A stretch of 40,329 nucleotides of DNA from Chloroflexota bacterium (lineage in GTDB: Bacteria; Chloroflexota; Limnocylindria; Limnocylindrales; CSP1-4): assembly GCA_031431535.1 (NCBI GenBank), contig JANPDO010000057.1, positions 1 to 40,329 of the forward strand, given 5' to 3'. The notes under the pieces are model-generated. The model had not been told where the DNA came from, did not search any database, and saw nothing but the letters and a program-made list of their open reading frames with translations. The position numbers and the translations under genes are program-made. Within the stretch, counting starts at the first letter, position 1. Each line of letters opens with the position of its first letter. This document shows, in pieces, positions 36,025 through 40,329 of this stretch.

Positions 36025-37472
36025 TCGCGACTTCGGGGCCGAGCCTGGTCGATCGCGCGTTCCGCGAGGACGCGGACCGTGCCACGGAAGATCATGCCGT
36101 GGACTGGATAGAGGACGTACCAGTAGACGAGGCCCGGGAGCCCCTTCGGCTCGAAGAAGGCCGTCTGGACCAGCCGGCTACCGCCCTCCTCGGTCGGCTT
36201 CACCTCGTACTGGAGCCAGGCGCGACCGGGCACCTTCATTTCGGCGCGCAGGCGCAGCAGGGTCGGCCGGCGGACCGCTTCGACACGCCAGAAGTCGAGA
36301 GCGTCACCCACCCGCAAGTGGTCGGGGTCGCGACGCCCCAGCCGCATCCCGACGCCGCCGACGAGGCGATCCACCAGTCCCCTGATCTTCCAGAGGACGT
36401 TCGCGTACGGCCAGCCACCATTGCCACCGAGACGCTCGACCTCGGCGAAGACCCGGTCCGGCGGCGCGGCGATGAACCGCTCCCGACGCTCCACGATCAT
36501 CCCCTCGATCGAGGTCAGCGACGAGAGGTTCGCGCGATCCGACGCGGCGAGCGCGTCGAACCACGTCGATTCGACGTCGTGGCGGTCGGTCCGATCGATC
36601 GCCTGCCCGAGCGCCTCGACGTAGGAAAGCGGTTCGAGGCCGAACGCGGCCGCTGGTCCCGGCACCCGCACGACGACCTCATTCCGGAGGCCCTCGATGA
36701 GCGGTCGAGCGATGCCTGCCGGCACCGGCGAGATGAGGTTCACCCAATACGAGGAGAGGCGCGGGGTGAGCACGGGGACCGGGATCATGAGGCGACGAAG
36801 GCCGCGCAGGCGGGCGTACGTCCGCATCATGTCGCCGTACGAAAGGATGTCCGGACCCCCGATCTCGACGATGCCGGTGACCTCCGGATGGTCGAGTGCG
36901 CTCGCGAGGTAGTCGAGCACGTCGCCGATGCCGATGGGCTGGCAGCGGGTCCCCACCCAGCGAGGCGTGATCATGATCGGCAACCGCTCGGTCAGATGGC
37001 GCAGGATCTCGAACGACGCGCTGCCGGAGCCGATGATCACGGCCGCCCGGAACTCGGTGACCGGCACGCCGTGGGCGGCGAGCTCGGCGCCGGTCTCGTG
37101 ACGGCTCGCCAGGTGGTGGGACAGGTCTGCCGAGTCTTCGCCCAGGCCGCCGAGGTAGACGATCCGGGACCCGCCGGCGCGTTCGGCCGCCTGGGCGAAG
37201 TTGCGCGCTGCCTGCCGGTCCCGCTCGGCGAACCCCCGCTCGCCCGCACCCATGGAGTGGGCCAGGTAGTAGGCGACCTCGATCCGCTCGAGAGCCGGCG
37301 GCAACGTCGACGAGTCGAGTAGGTCGGCGGCGATCACCTCTGCCTCGGGGAACCGCGCCGCGAGGGGCCGGGCATCTCGGCTCATCAGGACGACGTCGTG
37401 CCCCCGCGCTTGGAGCAGCGGCACAAGGCGCCCGCCGATGTAGCCGCTGGCGCCGACGACGAGGATGTGCAT
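36021..37472 (-). CDS. NAD(P)-binding SDR/NmrA-like domain fused to a DUF2867-like C-terminal domain
   Basis: 483 aa. MHILVVGASGYIGGRLVPLL is the Rossmann motif. The C-terminal ~170 aa (WRVEAVRRPTLLRLRAEMKVPGRAWLQYEV...) fits the DUF2867 pattern commonly fused to such SDRs. Confidence 0.75.
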   Translation of the reverse strand: MHILVVGASGYIGGRLVPLLQARGHDVVLMSRDARPLAARFPEAEVIAADLLDSSTLPPALERIEVAYYLAHSMGAGERGFAERDRQAARNFAQAAERAGGSRIVYLGGLGEDSADLSHHLASRHETGAELAAHGVPVTEFRAAVIIGSGSASFEILRHLTERLPIMITPRWVGTRCQPIGIGDVLDYLASALDHPEVTGIVEIGGPDILSYGDMMRTYARLRGLRRLMIPVPVLTPRLSSYWVNLISPVPAGIARPLIEGLRNEVVVRVPGPAAAFGLEPLSYVEALGQAIDRTDRHDVESTWFDALAASDRANLSSLTSIEGMIVERRERFIAAPPDRVFAEVERLGGNGGWPYANVLWKIRGLVDRLVGGVGMRLGRRDPDHLRVGDALDFWRVEAVRRPTLLRLRAEMKVPGRAWLQYEVKPTEEGGSRLVQTAFFEPKGLPGLVYWYVLYPVHGMIFRGTVRVLAERAIDQARPRSRE

Positions 37473-37755
37473 GGGATGAGTATGCGCCGGGAGCGCGCTC
37501 AGACCATCCGTGCGAGGTCTTCTCCCTGCTCTACCTGGCCGGCGTTCGAGTGGCCGAGACCGGCCTGGACTTCGCCCCGTGGCAGATGGGGCGGGTCAGT
37601 CATTCTCCCTCGTGATCGCTGCGCACGCTGAGCAAGGCTGACCGCCCGGCCGGGCACACGAACTACCCTGCCAACCCGTGCTCCTCACGACACTCTAACT
37701 ATCGGTGTTTCGCTCGTCGTTCCACGCTCGTGCTACTGCGCTCACGAGCTCAGGA

Positions 37756-37801
37756 CTTCCCAAGCAGAATGTCGCGGGTTCGAATCCCGTCTCCCGCTCC
37801 A
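37756..37801 (+). pseudogene. Partial second copy of tRNA-Gly(CCC): anticodon loop to CCA only, no intact 5' half
   Basis: CTTCCCAAGCAGAATGTCGCGGGTTCGAATCCCGTCTCCCGCTCCA aligns without gaps to 34174-34219, with 42 of 46 identical by my count. Two of the four differences are a compensatory A-T to G-C change in the T stem. The sequence upstream (GCTCGTGCTACTGCGCTCACGAGCTCAGGA) cannot form the acceptor, D or anticodon stems. Confidence 0.8.
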
Positions 37802-38090
37802 CTTCCCCGTTTTCGCGCTCAGCGCGACACTCTGCTTACGCGTGCGGCGTCCGGGTAGTCGTCGAGGTTCGCTTCGCGTGCGTGCCACAACGCTCCGTGT
37901 TACCGGCGATCGGGCGGAGACCGGAGGCGGTGGCCGAAAGCCCCGGAGCAGGAGCGCGCCGGCCGTCCTCGTCGTCGATCATTCTCATCTACGGATCTGG
38001 GCTCGCCCGCCTGATGATCGAGTTCGGTGTCTGCGTCACGGCGACGGGCAGCCCGTACACGACCGCTGGCCGAGTAGGTAGTGTGGGGGG

Positions 38091-38885
38091 ATGACGTCCG
38101 ACGAGCTAGTCGCCCTCCAGCACGAGAACTGGATCGCCTACGTGACGGGCGTGGTGAGCTGTGCTAGCCGGGCGATGGTGACTCGCGCCGGCGGGGTGGT
38201 GACGATCCTGACCGGCCTGCCGATGGATTGGTTCAACCAGGTCTTGGTCGAACGCGAGGACGCGACACCGGCCGGCGTCCTCGCCGGCGTGGCCCTGGCG
38301 CGCGAGCGGAGCGACCACTTCGTCGTTCGCCTGCGCGAAGGCATCGATGATCGTTTCATCCCGACCCTGACCCAGGCAGGACTGGTAGCCGCGGGGAAGG
38401 AGACGTCAACGCCCGGCATGGTCGCGTTCCCGATCGACCACGACGCGATCGCTGAGCACGCGTCTCCCGAGCTCGAGATCCGCAGGGTGACCGACGCCAC
38501 CGGCATCGACGCTCACCGCCAGGCCGTGACTGCGGGGTTTGGCTCAGATCCGGCGGTCGCCCTGGGAACCGCGTGCCCGGACCTCCTCGACCGGCCCGAG
38601 TGTGTCGTCTACGTGGGCTACGCGGACGGTGACCCGGTCGTCTCCGGGCTGGGCTGGCAGACCGGCCGGACCATCGGGGTCTATAGCATCGCAACGATCG
38701 AGCCGGCGCGCCGACGCGGATACGGAGCGGCGATGACGGCGCGTGCGATGGCCGACGGCGTGGTCGCCGGCTGCGACGTGGCGGCGCTCCAGGCTAGCGT
38801 GGTGGGGCGCCCGATCTACGAGCGCCTGGGCTTCCGAGCTGTCGTCAGCTACGCCGCGTACATCGATCCGGTCCGTGGGGCATGA
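38091..38885 (+). CDS. GNAT-family N-acetyltransferase (two-domain)
   Basis: 264 aa. The C-terminal half (IGVYSIATIEPARRRGYGAAMTARAM...ALQASVVGRPIYERLGF) contains the acetyl-CoA-binding R-x-x-G-x-G/A motif. Confidence 0.75.
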   Translation: MTSDELVALQHENWIAYVTGVVSCASRAMVTRAGGVVTILTGLPMDWFNQVLVEREDATPAGVLAGVALARERSDHFVVRLREGIDDRFIPTLTQAGLVAAGKETSTPGMVAFPIDHDAIAEHASPELEIRRVTDATGIDAHRQAVTAGFGSDPAVALGTACPDLLDRPECVVYVGYADGDPVVSGLGWQTGRTIGVYSIATIEPARRRGYGAAMTARAMADGVVAGCDVAALQASVVGRPIYERLGFRAVVSYAAYIDPVRGA

Positions 38886-39298
38886 CCGCTCCAACTCCTG
38901 GGTCGACGCGCTCGCCGAACCTGATGAAGTATCGGCGGCGGCGGCCTCGACCAGCACGCCGCTGTCGGTCTACCGCTGCGCACTGAGTGTCACCGAGGGG
39001 TGGCGCCGTTGCCAACACCGGGCTAGCTGCGATCCCCATGGAACTCGTCGACGCGCCCGCCGGGGCGCGCACCTCGCATAACCACTCCAGCGGACTGGTA
39101 CCGCGTCATTCTCGACTCGGGCACCTCGAATCGAGTGGATCCGGCCGGGATTGGGCACGCGCTGAGCGTGGACCTCGGGCCACGACCCGGCGCGTCGGAC
39201 GTAGCTTTTCCATAGGAGTCCCTGTGTGCGGTTCTGCGACCAGGGCGGCCCGGAGCGACCAATGGCAACACCGCGGCCAGCGCGTCGCCAGCCGGCCG

Positions 39299-40329
39299 TC
39301 AGCCGACGATCACCAGCGGCTGAAGGCCGGACAGGGGCCCGTCCGCCCGGGGCCTGGCCAGCTCGGGTTCCGTCCCGCGATCCGCCTCGCGAGCCGCGAG
39401 TTCGGCGTCCAGCTGGGCAATGAGACTGGGGATGCTCGATTGAAGGGCCTCACCGTACGCCGGCCCGATGTGCTCCAACAACCCCTTCTCTCGTCGGGTC
39501 TTCGGCGCGCCGAACCGCAGGTGGATCGTGGTGCCCGCCGCGCCCGGCTCCAGCTCAATGGTGTGAAGCAGCTTCACGGGTCCGCCGGGGGTGTCGAGAA
39601 TCGTCCGATCCGTCACGTAGTCGTACGGACGCCAATCGAGGATCTCCTCGACGACTGCGTCCTTGCCGTGCATGCAGTGGTTGGACGATCCGGGGCCTCG
39701 CCGGCCGCCGGTGGCCCCGACGACTGTGACCTCCGTCACCCAGGGCTGCCACGACATCCGCTGCCCGGGTTTGGTGAGGAATTCCCATGCCACCTGCGGC
39801 GGCACGCTGGTGGGCACCGACACGGTGAGGATGGACTCCTCCGGGGTGACGAAGACGCGCCCGCGAGCCTCCTCCTCCTGCCAGCGGCGCTCCAGGTCGT
39901 GCGCCCAGGCCTGCACGTCGCCAATCCGGTCGTAGGTCTCGGTGTGCCTGCGCATGCCCAACGCGGCCGGGTCGATGTCGGAGGCATCGATGCACTGTTG
40001 GCTGATCAGGGCGTAGGCGTTGATGCCCAGCTTCTCGACGACCTCGTTCTTCAGTAGCCGGTGCACGACGATCACGTCCGACCCCAGGAGCTCCTGCCGG
40101 CCGGCGACCTTCTGGAGGATGGCGGCGCCGTGGTGGACCACGAACTTGAGGTCGAGATCGGGGATCCGGGTGCACGCGTTGCATTCGCACGACGTCGCCT
40201 GGCGGACGTCGCGGCGGCGCCGGCGAAACCCGAAATAGCAGCGCTCGATGGTGTCGAGGAGCATCGACCCGTCGATCGTCTCGCCGGTCATGTACGTGAA
40301 GGCGGCATCGCCCTCGAGCTTGGCCAGCC
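39299..40329 (-). CDS. DUF2652 (class III nucleotidyl-cyclase-like fold) fused to an SRPBCC/START-like domain; 5' end off-window
   Basis: Track ORF 39299..40291 stays open upstream to the window edge (...LAKLEGDAAFTYMTGE..., a K-x-EGDA-x-F cyclase-like strand). KFVVHHGAAILQKVAGRQELLGSDVIVVHRLLKN fits DUF2652. The C-terminal part (VAWEFLTKPGQRMSWQPW...WRPYDYVT) looks SRPBCC-like. Confidence 0.65.
   Translation of the reverse strand, partial: LAKLEGDAAFTYMTGETIDGSMLLDTIERCYFGFRRRRRDVRQATSCECNACTRIPDLDLKFVVHHGAAILQKVAGRQELLGSDVIVVHRLLKNEVVEKLGINAYALISQQCIDASDIDPAALGMRRHTETYDRIGDVQAWAHDLERRWQEEEARGRVFVTPEESILTVSVPTSVPPQVAWEFLTKPGQRMSWQPWVTEVTVVGATGGRRGPGSSNHCMHGKDAVVEEILDWRPYDYVTDRTILDTPGGPVKLLHTIELEPGAAGTTIHLRFGAPKTRREKGLLEHIGPAYGEALQSSIPSLIAQLDAELAAREADRGTEPELARPRADGPLSGLQPLVIVG

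Noticed and set aside
35832-37322. 496-aa plus-strand ORF
   Set aside because: Antisense to the SDR-DUF2867 gene and the photolyase 5' end. No motifs, Arg/Asp/Pro/Gly-rich.
34220-37755. Integrase, excisionase or transposase inside or next to the tRNA-bounded segment
   Set aside because: None of the six-frame ORFs there shows tyrosine- or serine-recombinase or DDE motifs. Only the photolyase and the SDR-DUF2867 gene are credible, so the segment is not reported as an active mobile element.
37705-38094. 129-aa plus-strand ORF reading through the partial tRNA copy
   Set aside because: It translates tRNA-derived sequence (LPKQNVAGSNPVSRS, mirrored by ORF 34117..34326 over the real tRNA). It has no RBS and lies in the duplicated non-coding flank.
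38987-40057. 356-aa plus-strand ORF
   Set aside because: Mostly antisense to the DUF2652-SRPBCC gene. The part in the spacer has no RBS and an implausible composition.

Overview
This is a very GC-rich 40.3 kb bacterial chromosomal window. The gene content looks Actinobacteria- or Chloroflexi-like, but the lineage cannot be determined from the sequence alone. It is mostly housekeeping and metabolic genes, packed tightly with many 4-nt stop/start overlaps.

Gene order, left to right:
- A PotD-type ABC importer: binding protein (5' end cut by the window edge) plus two permeases.
- A convergent, translationally coupled pair: a non-pyrrolysine MttB-family methyltransferase and a GcvT-fold folate-dependent transferase.
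- A beta-CASP/MBL RNase, then a YczE-like membrane protein.
- A fused heme A synthase / heme O synthase (CtaA-CtaB) facing a thioredoxin-fold lipoprotein.
- A minus-strand string: 108-aa protein, 306-aa acidic internally duplicated protein, pyrK, pyrD, vapB, vapC, 121-aa membrane-anchored protein.
- A YbaK-like deacylase, a group II PLP decarboxylase and a PuuB-like FAD oxidase.
- A stand-alone cNMP-binding protein.
- A 590-bp lower-GC convergent spacer.
- pyrR-pyrB-pyrC, with a PyrR-type RNA loop next to the pyrR Shine-Dalgarno (SD) sequence.
- An ECF sigma factor, a ZAS-type anti-sigma factor with a very large extracytoplasmic part, and an RlpA-like protein.
- lipB followed by a GalT-like gene.
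- copA translationally coupled to an IclR-family regulator.
- A second vapBC pair.
- tRNA-Gly(CCC), then a 3.5 kb segment (photolyase plus SDR/DUF2867 gene) closed by a decayed second copy of the tRNA-Gly 3' half.
- A GNAT acetyltransferase.
- A DUF2652(cyclase-like)-SRPBCC protein cut by the right window edge.

I found no CRISPR array, rRNA, transposase or integrase.

The most unusual items are:
- the MttB-GcvT coupled pair with no visible corrinoid partner;
- the tRNA-Gly / pseudo-tRNA-Gly-bounded islet;
- the acidic duplicated protein coupled to pyrK;
- the copA-iclR coupling with a perfect palindrome upstream;
- three separate short tandem-repeat arrays in intergenic DNA.

All family calls come from motif recognition by eye. 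No database search was run.
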